A DNA stretch of 63,246 nt, counting the filler, from Reclinomonas americana ATCC 50394 (Eukaryota), in assembly GCA_048213135.1 (NCBI GenBank). It is 11 parts of 11 records of this genome, joined end to end, with 100 filler letters (N's around TTAATTAATTAA, not from the genome) between each part and the next. Parts side by side here need not be neighbours in the genome. Positions count along the whole stretch, not along the records: positions 9,389 to 15,526 come from AFZH01021649.1; positions 15,627 to 24,622 come from AFZH01021650.1; positions 24,723 to 26,424 come from AFZH01021651.1; 8 more parts are not named here. The stretch is one strand, 5' to 3'. Both the position numbers and the translations under genes were made by a program. Positions 12,352-24,810 of this stretch are shown here, one piece after another (the first letter of the stretch is position 1; every line of letters starts with the position of its first letter). The notes beneath the pieces were generated by a model. It was not told the origin of the DNA. It made no database searches and saw only the letters and a list, made by a program, of their open reading frames with translations.

Positions 12352-13057
12352 TGTCTCTCTCACACACACTCTCACACTGTTTCACTCACTGTTTCATTGT
12401 GGTTTCATCATTGCCAGTCGCATCGGCAGCGAAATCTTCTGCTTGCGATTCTCGACTGATGGACACTATGTCGCGTGCGGTTGTGGCGATGCCTCAGTGA
12501 AGGTCAGTGTGCTCTCTGTCTCTCTCACATACACTCTCTCCTCATTCATCGATCACCATGCTCAATTTGGTTTTTGCGATGAAAGGTGTTTTCGACGGCT
12601 GACGGTCAAAAGGTCTACAACATGGATCTCAAGCCGGAGCGCGGTGTGCCACTGCCTGTGACATGCATGCGATTCCGTCCCAGCTCAGTGTCGCGCTCCA
12701 AGAACATTCTCCTCTGCGCCAGTTGCGTCTGAGAGAGAAGACGACGAAGAATGCGTTGAGAGGAGTGGGACTCGCTCTGGTTCACTCTCCCCTCCTCACC
12801 TTCTGCTTTTCGCTGCCTTCCCTGTTTACTCTCCACTGTGCTCTCTCTCTCTCTCTCTCTCTGTTCACTACATTCCATATCTTTGTTCCTCTGTCCTCCA
12901 CCACGCTCTCTCTTCCGCTCTGCTTCACTCTCCTCGCCTTCCTCACCTTCTGCTTCCCTTCCACAAGCTTCTTTTGTTGTCTATCCTGTTTCCCACTCGG
13001 TTCTTTCTCTCGCTCATTTCCTTCTTCTCTTTCTTCTTCTTCTTCTCTCTTCTTCTT

Positions 13058-13098
<41 letters not shown>

Positions 13099-14042
13099 TC
13101 CACCTTCTCTCTCATCCCCCTTCCCCTCCTTGCAGCCGCCAACGGCACGGTGGAGCACTGGCACCTTGGCTCGGCGAAGCGCGTGTCGTGCATCACGGAG
13201 CCCGGCAATCAGGTGTTTGGTTTGGACTACCATCGCAACGGGAGCACCTTTGCGACGGCCGGCAGCGACTTCAAGATCCGCATCTACGACGAGGGCACCA
13301 AGGAGAAGACGCAGACGCTGGAGGGTGGTCACGGTCAGGAGACGGCCGGACACTCGAATCGTGTGTTCTCGGTCAAGTTCCACCCGGAGGACGACAATCT
13401 GCTGATGTCGGCCGGCTGGGATAACACGGTGCAGATCTGGGACACGCGTGTGGACTACTCGGTGCGCTCCATCTACGGACCACACATTTGCGGCGATGCC
13501 ATTGACATGTACGGCAACCTGCTGCTGACGGCATCGTGGCGGCGCGAGGAGCAAGTGCAGGTGCGTGTGTCGCCACCGCCTCATGTACGTCTTCGCTTGC
13601 TTCTCCCTCTCACGTGTGGCAGATCTGGGACTTTGGCACGGGCGAGCTCATCAAGAACGTGCGCATGCCGAAGCTGGCACAGGGCGAGATGCAACCGTAC
13701 TGCGCCGAGTTCAGTCACGACGGCAAGTTCTTTGCGGTGGCCGGCTCACACTCGTTCGAGGGTCTCCTCTTCAACACCTCCACGTTGAAGTGCGAGGCGT
13801 CGGTGTTTGGCATGGAGGACTCATTGTACTCGCTGAACTTTTCACCCGACGACGAGTGCCTCGCGTTTGGTGGTGCCAGTGGACAACTCAATGTGCAGGT
13901 GAGTGTCGTGTGTGCGTGGGGAAGTGGTGGTTTTGCATATTGCTGATGAATGGGATCGCGGGGGACGCAGAATGTGGTGCGAAGAAGCGGATATGCGGAC
14001 CCCGACAGTCCACGGTTGGGCGAGAGTGCCGTGTCACCGTGA
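12045..14042 (+). CDS. WD40-repeat protein (6 exons)
   Basis: Repeats IFCLRFSTDGHYVACGCGDASVKVF, ATAGSDFKIRIYD, GHSNRVFSVKFHP..SAGWDNTVQIWD, LLTASW..QVQIWD and LYSLNFSPDD. TGA stop at 14040-14042. Confidence 0.88.
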
Positions 14043-14295
14043 TGCTCTTTTTCTGCTCTCTCCTTTCGTTGCCTCACCTCTCTCTCTCTCTCTCTCCAAC
14101 TTTTGTTTCATTTGCTTTTTCCTTCCCTTTGATCGACCGTTCGCTTCACCGGGTCCCTCTCCCCTCTCTTTCCCCCCGACACTCGTGTAAAATCGTAAAG
14201 TAGCGAGGCCGATGCATATATTCCGCCACCGACGATACCACCACAACAACATTATAGAACATACACAGAATCCACAACGACCTGCAGCAACGCGA

Positions 14296-15526
14296 TTAAT
14301 TGGTCCACTTCAGGGCAAACCACGCAGCGACCGACAGGACAGCCACGCCTGCCGCCGCCGAGTAAAACCTGTGAGGGAAAGAGGAGAGAGAGAGAGGGTT
14401 ATCATGCAGATTGTCACAAATGCTTGCGCGGAAATGGACGCACCGAAAAGTACGACTGCGTTTCCACAACCGCTGCAAAAAGTTGACCCCGCGCTTCCGC
14501 AGCGCCAACTCGGACCACTCACACAGCACTTCGTTCTGCAACTGCAGGGGAACACCCTCCTGTCGCATGTACAGCAGCGAGTCGTCCAGTGGTGCCAGTG
14601 GTGACCGCTCACTGGCCACCCTCTCGAGCTTCCACAGAGGCCACATGACGCGCAGCGACGCCGCTCGCACCAGCAGCGAATCAAAGTCGGCGTCGGCTGG
14701 GAAGTGCTGCAGGTGGTGGTGCAGCTGCGAAGCAGGGAAAGGAAGCAGAGTGAGTGATCCACACTACTCCATCTTTCTTTTCTAAGTGTGCTCACCATGG
14801 CCGCATCGCACTCCACAGCCAACAACTCATCACGCTGCGACAGTACCACCTGATTCCACGACGTCAGTACGGAAGGAGGAGTGAGAAGCATCAAGAGATG
14901 TGTGGTTGGTACGCACCGCCACGGACAAGTAGAGGCAAAAGTCTGGCGGCTGCGAGAGCAGCACGTCGTACACGCGGCACACATCGTCGTAGTCGTCGAC
15001 CACGTGACTGAACCAGGTGAGGATCCAGCTTAATGCAAAGTACGCCTGCTCACACACACACGCACACGCACAAAGGTGAGGATCTTCGCCGCCCTCCCCC
15101 CTCCCTCCCTCGCTAAAATCTGACCTCCAATCGCGCCTCGTGCAGGTGCTCAAAGAGCTCCTTGTCCAGCGCCTCGATCGCCGGAATCAGCAGACGCAAC
15201 AGCGAGATCACCGGCTCAAAGTCCGTGCGCATGCTCTCCCGCACATAGTACTCACACAGACGATCGATGGCGTAGTAGGCCAGCGATTCGCCAAGTGTGA
15301 GGTACAATACCCCACAGAGCTCGTGGAAACCCTGTCGGCGCGGATGCAAGTCAGTCTACTGCGTGTCTGCATGCTCGTCCAGTCCACCAATCCACACCTG
15401 AAAGTAGTACAGCGACGGCTGCCTCTCCATGGTGCGATGCACCAGGCGGTACAGCACCTTTTGCTCCCGGTCTCGCAACCTGTGTCACAAGTCACAAACT
15501 GACACCAGCACGCGGTTGTCTGCTGT
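14296..15526 (-). CDS. TBC1D20: TBC-domain Rab GAP, TBC1D20/Gyp8 family, with C-terminal membrane anchor (5' partial)
   Basis: LYYFQ|GFHELCGV (TBC Gln finger), AYFALSWILTWFSHVV and YDVLLSQPPDFCLYLSVA, ending in a hydrophobic tail AAAGVAVLSVAAWFALKWTN* typical of TBC1D20. Confidence 0.82.
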
Positions 15527-15626
15527 NNNNNNNNNNNNNNNNNNNNNNNNNNNNNNNNNNNNNNNNNNNNTTAATTAATTAANNNNNNNNNNNNNNNNNN
15601 NNNNNNNNNNNNNNNNNNNNNNNNNN
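15527..15626. other. Artificial assembly spacer
   Basis: N44-TTAATTAATTAA-N44. Confidence 0.98.
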
Positions 15627-15689
15627 GCGTCACACCGCCCTTGTTCTCATCTCTGTCCTTTCTCACACGATGTTATTATGCCGCGACAG

Positions 15690-15919
15690 GTCTGGTGGCA
15701 CAAGCCAAGTTCACTGTGCTGATCCTGCCTACTGGCCCGCTGCGCGTCACTGACGTGCTGGCGCCGCCGCGCGAGGCACCACACAAGCTGGAGGATCCGG
15801 ACGTGCTGGCACTGCTGGCTCAGGCGGTGGGCAGGAAGAAGAAGAACAAGAAGGCACGCAAGGCCAACGCCGCCGGCGCGTCGGCTGCCGCAGGCGATGC
15901 CGCCGAGGGCGACGAGTAA
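15690..15919 (+). CDS. PA2G4: Terminal exon of proliferation-associated protein 2G4 / EBP1
   Basis: LVAQAKFTVLILPTGPLRVT...LEDPDVLALL..GRKKKNKKARK matches the EBP1 C-terminus (VAQFKFTVLLMPNGP..Lys-rich tail). CAG acceptor at 15689. Confidence 0.8.
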
Positions 15920-16030
15920 CACGCTTCGTTGGATTACACACACATACCTAGGTCATCTCTTTTCTCTCTTTCTCCCTTTGCGAGTGAAAATTTGCATTCA
16001 TTGTCGTCATCCTACACAAGGGAGAGGAGA

Positions 16031-16839
16031 ATGAGTTCTCCCAACGACAAGCCCGACAAAGAGGGCAAGAAGGCGGTGCCGCGTGACCGCATCTTCACCA
16101 CGCCGCAAAAGGAGGAGTGCTGGAGCCAGGTGACGACCTGACCAACACACACATGAGCGCTCACTCTCTCCATTCTCACTCTGCGACAAAGGCCACACTC
16201 GTCCCAGGTCGCGATCCAACACGCTGGCGCGCTGATCCCGCTGGCAACGTGGTTGCGTCGCATGCACTCACAAGGCACACAGAGAGACAACTCTCTCCCT
16301 CTCATGCATTCCCGCAGGTGTTCAAGGCCATGCGTGGCTGCCTCGGCTGCCTCTGCCACGAGTACGATCACATCAAGCCGTACTCGAAAGGTAGCTTCTC
16401 TCGAGGGGGACTGTATACAGTGATCGTCATCTTGACTGACTGAGTGCATGCAGGCGGGAAAACCGAGCTGAGCAACTGTCAGATCCTGCAGACGCAAGTC
16501 AACCGCTACAAGAGCGACCGTGACCAGCTTGCTGTTGAGGAGATGCGCAAGGTCTCTTGTGCCGTCACCTTTTCAGGTCCGTTCCCCTGCTCTCCCTCGC
16601 TGTGAATGTTTTTCCGAGTCGACGAGTTGGCAGAGCGTGAGCTGGACGTGATTGAGATGGCGTACTTTGGCAACGTAAACCGCCTCGGCCTCAAGTGCAA
16701 GTGTCGCACCGTGGCCGAGATGGAGAAACTGATGGGAGTCCCGAGATCCGCGCTGGCACCGCCCACCGCGAGCAACAACAACAACAACATCAACTACAAC
16801 AAGCCACCACCACCACCCTTCATCAATTACAATCCGTGA
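16031..16839 (+). CDS. HNH endonuclease-domain protein of the small family known from plants (5 exons)
   Basis: Spliced product RIFTTPQKEECWSQATLVPGRDPTRWRADPAGNVVFKAMRGCLGCLCHEYDHIKPYSKGGKTELSNCQILQTQVNRYKS..ELDVIEMAYFGNV, with the HNH motif DH..P.S.GG....N.......N. Confidence 0.85.
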
Positions 16840-16910
16840 TAAGGCTTCCCCCTGCTCTTTCTCTCCGGCAAAAAACCCGATCTCGCACGTCGAGGACGAG
16901 AACACAGTCG

Positions 16911-19900
16911 TCACTTCTTGTCGGTGGCCTGTTCGTGAATGATACCGTCCTTGATGAGCTGCGAGTAAATGCGCCGAGCATCGATCCACTCCATGCTCTC
17001 CTGTGTGACGTGGAGTGACACAGAGAGTGAGTGGGCGAGCCATGTGCATGGGAAGGGCAAGGGAAGGGCGCTCGTGAACCTCGTACGAGTGCGGCATGAC
17101 GGTCTTGGTGACGGGGCACTTGAATGCAAAGTGGAAAATGTTGGTGCGTTCACGCGCAAACGTCTTGGTGTTCAGCACATCGGCCTCCACGCGCACCACC
17201 ACCACGTCGTCCGCGTCCGACGCGAACGACACCTGACTGTTGAACTGCACGATCGAGCCGAGGGCGACGGGTGAGAGGAAGGTGTTGTCGTCGAGTGACA
17301 CGAACAGGGGGCGTGAGTGGCTGAACGTCGCGGCCGACACCCAGCCGAGCTGCGCGCGAGGTGAAGAGAGAGGGAAAGGGTTACGATCGACAGAGGTGGA
17401 CACATTCTATAACTGGCATGGGTACCTCAAAGGCTTGGCGCATCAAATCTGGAGAGGGAATGAGCAAATGTGCAGGAGAAGGAGAGACATGCACGCGCGA
17501 CGCAACAGCCGCCGAATGCCTTGCCGTGAATATTGCGCACTTGAGGCATGATGATGACGGTCTTCTCGAATCGCGTTTCCTTGATCCACTGGTACGTATT
17601 CGGTGCACTGGGATCGCGAAGAGATGTCAGCAGAAGACGGATGATAAAGTAAAGAGGCGGAGAAGCGCACATCTTGCGGTGGTTGATGAACAGATCGTGA
17701 ATGAGCAGGCTCTCCGCAGGCGACGGAGGGGTCTTGATCAGCGATGTGGCGGCGCGCTGCTTGCGCACCTCTCGCCGCTCTGGGGCGCCGCATAAATATC
17801 AGGGGACAGAGAAGGAAAACAAAAGACGCGAAATGCACGAACCCACGGCCTTCTCGAAGCGTGCCTTCTCCTCGGCAGTCTCCGGTCGCAGTTCGGGCAC
17901 CTCAGCCGCACCCGACGAATCCTTCTCACGCGCCACCATCACAAACATGGAATCCATTACATGGCGACCTGGGGCGAAAGGACTCAGTGACGATGGGGAA
18001 TGAGCAGCGTGCGATATAAATTCCAGAAGACGAAACGGTTGTTGCCGGTGCCCTGGAACACATTGATACCAATCTCCATGGACGAGCGGCCGACCCACGT
18101 CACGTTGCCTGCACGCGGTCAGAAGCGATGGCCGAGAGAAGGGCAAGGGAAGGAGACCAACCATCGATTGTCACATCTTCCACGCCCGTCAGCACGTCGA
18201 GCAGCGTGATGCGATCGACACTGGCCGTCACTGCGCGACACAAAATGTCAGCACGACACAGACACCACTCGTTGACGAGAAGCACGTGAAGCGCACCAAT
18301 GGTGACCGGTGCCACGTTGAAGCCACCGCAGTGCTGGTACGAGATCTCGCCGGCCACGGCGTCGAGATCCTCCAGCAGCTTGCCCACACGCAGTTGCTGT
18401 GCAGACACGGGGAGTGTGAGAGAGGGAGGGAGGCCATGAAAGGAACAGGAAACTGCGCGCAACATTGAACGCGTTGACGTAGGACTCGCGCAGGCTGGCG
18501 TCGGAGCCCAGCGGAATGTCGTAGGTGACCTGCGTGGGGATGGAAAGAAGGGGCACGGAGGTCAGCAACAGCAAAGAGGCGATGAGGCAAGACGACGAAG
18601 TAGGGAAAGACGAATGAGACGAGGCACGAACAACACGAAAGAGATGACAGGAGGATGGGCGGCTAACCATTCAGAAGGATTATGAGAGTGTGGGAGAACC
18701 GATACGCAAGTGCAGACGGCGAGACACTCCGAGAGAGAATGGTGGACGGGGGACAGGAACGCAGCAGAGCAAACAACCAGCGCGAAACAAAAAAAGGAGA
18801 ACAAACAACGATGGGATGCAATCGATTCTGAGGAACAGTGGGAGGCACAGAGAGACATAGAAGGACGGCTGGAGGGGTGCATAAGAGCAGACAGCCAGAA
18901 GCAAGAGAAGGGTGGAGGGCACTGAGCGACAATGTAGGATGAGAAAAGCGATGCACAGGAGAAGACGAGCCAGAGCGAAACAGAACGGTCTCAGAACGAA
19001 TAGAGGAACTGTAAGAGAAGGGGAGAAGGCAATGGGCGACAGAGAAGGATGGCAGGAGGGATATACAACAGCAGAGGAACTCTGTAAGAGAGCGATGGAA
19101 GGCACCGAGCGAGGGAGAATGATGCACAGGAGAGCGCGAGCCAGAGTGAAGCAGATTGGTTTCAGAACACGCAACGGTGAGCGCCCATCGATTCTGAGGG
19201 ACTGAGAGAACAGTGGAACGCACTGAGAGACAGAAAGGCACGGGAGAAGGGATGCAGAAGAGCAGAAGACAAAGGAACTCTGTCAGAGAGCGATGGAAGG
19301 ATGCACAGGAGAACACGAGCCAGAGTGAAGCAGTATGGTTTCAGAACAAGCAACGGTGAGCGCCCATCGATTCTGAGGGACTGAGAGAACAGTGGAAGGC
19401 ACTGAGAGATAGGAAGGCACGGGAGAAGGGATGCAGAAGAGCAGATAGCCAGAGGAACTCTGACAAAGAATGGTGGACGGCACTGAGCGATAGAGAAGGA
19501 CGCACAGGAGAGAACGAGCCAGAGCGAAGCAGAAGAGTCTCAGAACAACACAACGACGAGCGCCGATCGATTTCTGACGAATAGTGAGAGGAAGGCACTG
19601 AGAGACAGAAAGGCACGGGAGAAGGGATGCAGAAGAGCAGATGAGACAGAGGAGCTCTGCAAGAGAACACTGACTGATTGCAAACCACAAACAATCAAGA
19701 ATGCAATGCAATCTCACAGCAAACAGTCGAGCAAGAAGAGCACAACCCGAGTAAACATCAACGAAAACCCCAGTTCACACAAACCCGCGAATCACTCGGT
19801 TTGCGATACGTTCGCGTGTGAGCGCCCGTGGAGAGCGCACGCAGCTGACAGCGCTTCACTCGAGCCTCCGCAAGGCGCTTCTCACGATCGGCCACTTCAG

Positions 19901-20088
19901 ACTGTCGCCACTGCTTCAGAGCCTGCATACGCACACACGCACACACTGAGTGAGAGACACAGAGTGCCTGAGAGAAAGATCATGCGTTGCGCAACAGTCA
20001 GCACTGGTCCATAGTTCTGCGACGATGAGGACGAGGAGGAGGACGAGGAGAAGAAGGCAGCTGCACGCCTAAAGCTCGACAGCAACAT
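16911..20088 (-). CDS. ACOT9: Mitochondrial acyl-CoA thioesterase 9-like (double hot-dog fold), about 12 exons
   Basis: Transit-peptide-like MLLSSFRRAAAFFSSS, then IPLGSDASLRESYVN, LRVGKLLEDLDAVA, VTASVDRI, GNVTWVGRSSMEI, RNIHGKAFGGYLMRQAFE, FLSPVALGS and TNIFHFAF..VMPHSYEESM. Confidence 0.88.
18730..19680. repeat. Degenerate tandem repeat, about 5 copies of a 170-200 bp unit, inside the 1255-nt ACOT9 intron (18530-19784)
   Basis: The anchor GA(T/C)GCACAGGAGA..CGAGCCAGAG(T/C)GAA recurs at 18950, 19121, 19300 and 19499, with a more decayed copy near 18757. GGCACGGGAGAAGGGATGCAGAAGAGCAGA occurs three times. Confidence 0.85.
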
Positions 20089-20216
20089 GTTGAACACACA
20101 GTACTTTGTCTGTTGACTCATGACATGTACAATGAAAAACACTTCATTCACCACATTCCAATAATGCGACAAATGTCCACAAATCCCTTGCCGACGATGA
20201 CCATACATACATTCAT

Positions 20217-22624
20217 TCAGCGATGTTTCGCTCGTTTCTGTGGAGGTTCTAATGAGGATCCGCGACCGCCACCGCCACGTCGACTGCCGCCTTTGCCTCT
20301 TCCGCGACTGCTGCTGTGGTGTCGACCGCGCTTGCCTCGACCGGATTGCACAAGAGGCGGAGGAGGAGGGGGAGGAGGAGGCGGAATAGCTGGAAGTGGT
20401 GCAGGTCGATTGTGGTGGTGGTTGTGGTGGTGTGGATGGTGATTGTGTGGGCGGAGTGGTGGTGGATTGTGTGGGAGGTGCTGGTGAGTGCCGGCGGGTG
20501 GAGCTGGGCGTACGGGGTGCGTTTCGCCCGACAGCAGCGATGGTGGTGGTCGCGATGGCATGGGTTCGTGCCAGAAGAAGGCGTGATCGAGGGCTGTTGG
20601 AAGTCAGAACAGGAGACAGTGGAAGAAGACGTGGCGTGTCAGCGCGCGAACCGGTCATGGCTTCCAGGCGCAGCATTGGATTCAGTTGCAGCAGACCGTC
20701 GATGAGATCAATCGCCTCTGCGGGCACGTGTGGACTGTGCGCGCGACACTGCGGTCAACCACAACGAGAGGAGACGCGAGGCGTTGGTGATAAGACGCAC
20801 GGTAGGCGCGAGGCCAGGTATTCGCGCAGCCGTCGTGGTCGTGAGTGTCGCGGTCGCAGCGTGTCCCATCCGGGAAGCACCTGCGCCGCCGACCAGTTCT
20901 CCACATCCGGCGTCCCGCACACGTCAAAGATCAACGACAGCTGCAGGCGCGGTCAAGGGTCAGACAACACACACAAACAGCGCGGGAGGCTCACTCCCAC
21001 CTGTGCAAAGTCGTCGTCGCCCGGCAGCAGCGGACGACCACCGGCCAGCACCTCGGCGATGAGACAGCTGGACAGTAGAGGAAGAGAAGAAATGAGGCAC
21101 TTTCGTTGTGACTCCGCTCTTCCCCAACTAACTCACCCTGCCGCCCACATGTCTGTCTCGAGACCGTACGAGTTGCAGCCGAGCAGGAGCTCTGGTGGTC
21201 GGTACCATCTGCGGCCAAGACATTTATAAGCGAGCGGAGGACTCACATCTCGCACATCGAGAAGAAACACCACCTCGAAAACGTGCGCGGCGTCATGAAC
21301 GGAAAGAGCCACTTGGAGAGACCAAAGTCGGCGAGCTTCACATCGCCGCGAGCCGTCACCAGCACATTCTCGCCCTTGATGTCGCGATGCACGATGCGAT
21401 GCACGTGCAGCTGAAAGAGCGCCTTGAGGAACTTGCGGCAAAAGTACTTCAGGTGTGCCAGTGAGAAGCGATCGCGCCGTGCGCGGATGAGATGCCGCAA
21501 GTTGTGTTCGCAAAACTCGAGAACCACATACGGCACTATGGCATAATGGCGTGAGGAAAGGCCGGCAGCAATGCGTGTGTGTGCGACGAAGGCACTGACC
21601 ATCCTGCCACATGAATATATCGAGAGCACGCACGACGCGCTTGCAGTCGAGCGCGGCCAATCGCTTGAGGATCTTGATCTCGCGCAGCGCCGTCACGGGG
21701 AACTACATGCAAGGCAGAAGTGAGTGAAAAGCAAAGAAATATCAACCAGAAGAAAGCGAGTAGACGCAACACCCTCCGTCTCCTGCTCCGGGTGCACTGC
21801 GAATTGCTTGATGGCTACCACTGTGCCGCTGGCCTCGTGGACGGCTTTGTAAACGTCACTGTGGGGGGAGGAGAACAAGGGGGGAAGGGTTAGAGAAGAA
21901 CGAGCGACGATCAGGATGCATGATGCCACAAGGAAGTGAAGCATCGCAGCAACGAAGGAGAAGGCGAGAGAGACCACGAGAATGATGACCGAAACCAGAA
22001 CCGAGAAGGAGGCTCGCCTCCGACTGAAGAAGAAGAAGAAGAAGGGGAATGAAAGCGAGACAATAAGAAGGACGACGACCAACAAGACAAAGAGTGAGTG
22101 GTCAACAAGAAACTCAGGTGGTAAACGAAGGAGAGTGTGAGGATCTTAAGCCATAAAACGATCGCAACATGGCTTACTACGACAGCGAGCGCATCAAGCG
22201 ACAAGAGAACGAGGGAGAGAGAGCAGATAGAGAGAGAACAAGAAGAACAACGATCGAAACACATTCTCCGGCAGATGCGCAACAAGCAACAAGGGAACGA
22301 GGGAGAGAGAAAGAGACGAGAAAAGGGGGACAACAAAAGCGATTGATCGAAACCAGAACAGACAAGGATCGCTGTCGAGGATCGGCACTCTCTTGTTGTC
22401 TTCGCAGTCTCATAGTGTCTCTCTTCATTCTCTCATTCTCTTGTTGCGCTCTCTGTCGGGGAATGCCCTGTTGTCTCACTGTTGCGATCGTGTTTTTCGT
22501 CATACTTTTTCTCTCTCTTCATTTCTTGTTGACGGATTAATGCCTGTCGGAGCAGAGTGATTGACAGAGAAGAACACAACTGGGCATTCTCCGACAGACG
22601 ACTGAACGCAAGTCTTCCTTTCCC

Positions 22625-22664
<40 letters not shown>

Positions 22665-22768
22665 CCTTAGCGCATCACTCACCCATACGTCCCACTTCCC
22701 ACCTTGGCCACCACTCGATACGCACTTCCAATGCGCCTCACACTCGCCTCTTCTTCCACCTCATTCAT
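20217..22768 (-). CDS. CDK9: Cyclin-dependent kinase, transcriptional CDK9/12-like, with His/Pro/RGG-rich C-terminal tail (about 9 exons)
   Basis: KVGSGTYG|DVYKA, VAIK, EG|FPVTALREI (PITALRE-like), HRDIKGEN, DFGLS..MTPRTFSR|WYRPPELLLG, DMWAAG|C and AIDLIDGLLQLNP. The CDK family is clear; orthology to CDK9 versus CDK12/13 or CDK10/11 is uncertain. Confidence 0.75.
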
Positions 22769-22871
22769 AAACAAAATGTGATTTGACGGCCAACTTCACA
22801 GCGTCCCACGCGTCCTCCACGCATATTGTCCCCATACCATCATCTTTTGTGACAGAGTGTGAGAGTGTGAA
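22769..22871. promoter_or_regulatory. Very short (103 bp) divergent intergenic region, probable bidirectional promoter
   Basis: Lies between the CDK ATG (22768, minus) and the BAR-gene ATG (22872, plus). Confidence 0.5.
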
Positions 22872-23571
22872 ATGGACAAGCTCAAGGGACTGTGGAGGCG
22901 CGGCAAGCAGGCTGTGATGCAGAAGCTCGGCATGAGCGATAAGACGCTCGGTTTGTCTCTTTGTGTGTGTTCCAATGTGTGTGTGTGTCTGTTGCGCTGA
23001 CTCGTGCGTTGTTTTACAGATGAGGACTATGTTGTTGCGTAGACAGAGCAGATAGAGTGAGAATGAGAGAGTGTGTGAGAGAGAGGGCGACCATGGCCGC
23101 GGAGATTTCGTTCGTGTGTGTGCGCTTTCTCTCACTCTTTCTGTGTGAGAGTGTGTGTGTCTTATGTGTGTGTGAGTGTGTGAGAGTGTGTGTGCCTGTG
23201 CCTGTGTTTGTGTGACATATAATGTGTGTGTCAAGTATTTCCGCATAAGCACACACACACGTGCACACAGAGTCGCGTGGACACAGAGACACGTAAGAGT
23301 GACATGTTGCTCTCTCTCTCTCTCTCTCTGCGTGTGTATAGGTGCGCAATAGAGTGCGCGTTCTCGCACCCTGTCACTATCGCACACGCACGCTCTCTCT
23401 CTCTTTGATTCTGTCTTTGTGTGTGTGTGTGTGTGTGCGTGTGTGCGTGTGTGCTCTCATACTCGCGCATGGACTCGTTAGACAGACCGCGAGAGAGCGG
23501 AGATGTGCGCATACTGAGATGCGACGAATGATCTCCTCTCTCTCTCACACACTCTCACTCTGTTCTCCGCG

Positions 23572-23607
<36 letters not shown>

Positions 23608-23623
23608 CACTCTGTTCTCCGCG

Positions 23624-23666
<43 letters not shown>

Positions 23667-24622
23667 GCACGTACTCTTGTGCGTGTCACGAGAGAAGAGC
23701 AAGACAGAGAGCGAGTGCACTGCGCGATGAGTTCCATATCTTCTCCTTTTCTCCTCTGTCTCGCTTTCTCCGTTCTCCGCAGAGACACACGCGCATGCAC
23801 ACAGACACCCACACGCTCTCCTGCGTCTGTTGCGAGGGAAGCGAGAAGGAGAGAGATAGCGCACTGCGCGATGAGAAGGGCTTTGAGATTCATTTTCCCA
23901 CATTCCCTCCTCTCTCTCCCTGTCTCTCTCACTCACTCCCTGCTCCGCGGCGACACACACGTACGCACTCACACGCACACACAGACACGCTCTCACACAC
24001 TCTCCTGTGCCTGTCGCGAGAAAAGAAAAGAAAGACGGAGATGAGCTGTTTTTGAGTTCCATTTCCCGTCTTTCTCCCTCCCCTCTCTCTCTCTCTCTCT
24101 GTCGCTCCTCTTTCACACACACACTCGCACACCGCGACGCACACACAACACTCATTGCAAGGCATCACACTCTTCTTTCCGTGTGCATGTATGTGTTTGA
24201 TGAATGTTCGTATTCACGCTCTCTTCATTCGCAGGCCGTGTACGATCGGTTTGCGCAGGTGACGAGCAATGCGTCGAGCGCGCTGCGCTCTGTCAAGTCG
24301 CTGCAGCACTCATATACGGGTGTGTGTATCCTCATCTCTCTCTTTTGTGGAGAGCGGGCGCTCAATTGCTGATTGATTTTTTCAACAGAGACGCTCATTC
24401 ACTACAAGACGCTCTCCGAGAGTCTGGAGGCGGCCTACGAGGACGGCGATCGATATGAGTTGGCCGCCAGTCGCCTTGTGAAGAACATTGAGCGGTGAGA
24501 GCCATGATCATGTTTCTTTTTGTGTCGCTCAACATTAATTTTTTTGCGATGATTGCAGACTGGAGGACCTCACGCGCCCGTGCCTGTACGAAATCATTCC
24601 AAAGGACTGCGTCACCACCCTC
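22872..24622 (+). CDS. N-BAR (amphiphysin/BIN-like) domain protein (3' partial)
   Basis: Spliced [62 protein letters not shown].. resembles the amphiphysin N-terminus (R.Q.K..QKLG..D.T.DE.F). Includes a 1.2-kb intron at 23034-24234. Confidence 0.7.
23040..24150. repeat. Microsatellite-rich intron with (GT)/(GA) tracts, (CA)/(CT) tracts and local duplications
   Basis: ACTCTCACTCTGTTCTCCGCGCACGCAC(AC)n is duplicated at about 23550 and 23602; GCACTGCGCGATGAG is also duplicated. Confidence 0.8.
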
Positions 24623-24722
24623 NNNNNNNNNNNNNNNNNNNNNNNNNNNNNNNNNNNNNNNNNNNNTTAATTAATTAANNNNNNNNNNNNNNNNNNNNNN
24701 NNNNNNNNNNNNNNNNNNNNNN
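24623..24722. other. Artificial assembly spacer
   Basis: N44-TTAATTAATTAA-N44. Confidence 0.98.
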
Positions 24723-24723
24723 G

Positions 24724-24725
<2 letters not shown>

Positions 24726-24809
<84 letters not shown>

Positions 24810-24810
24810 G
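24726..24810. repeat. (GT)n(GA)n microsatellite
   Basis: Direct inspection. Confidence 0.95.

Noticed and set aside
12663..13135. Long Leu/Ser/Phe-rich or His/Thr-rich ORFs (also 22761-24155, 50216-50480, 61833-62900)
   Set aside because: Translations of intronic CT/CA microsatellite tracts.
16031..16839. HNH protein as a mobile homing endonuclease or Fanzor/IscB-like system
   Set aside because: Small intron-containing gene with no RuvC, terminal repeats, host intron or room for an adjacent guide RNA (71 bp to the convergent ACOT9 stop).
18730..19680. CRISPR-like repeat-spacer array
   Set aside because: Whole 170-200 bp units are homologous with no unique spacers, the array is intronic in a eukaryotic gene, and no cas genes are present.
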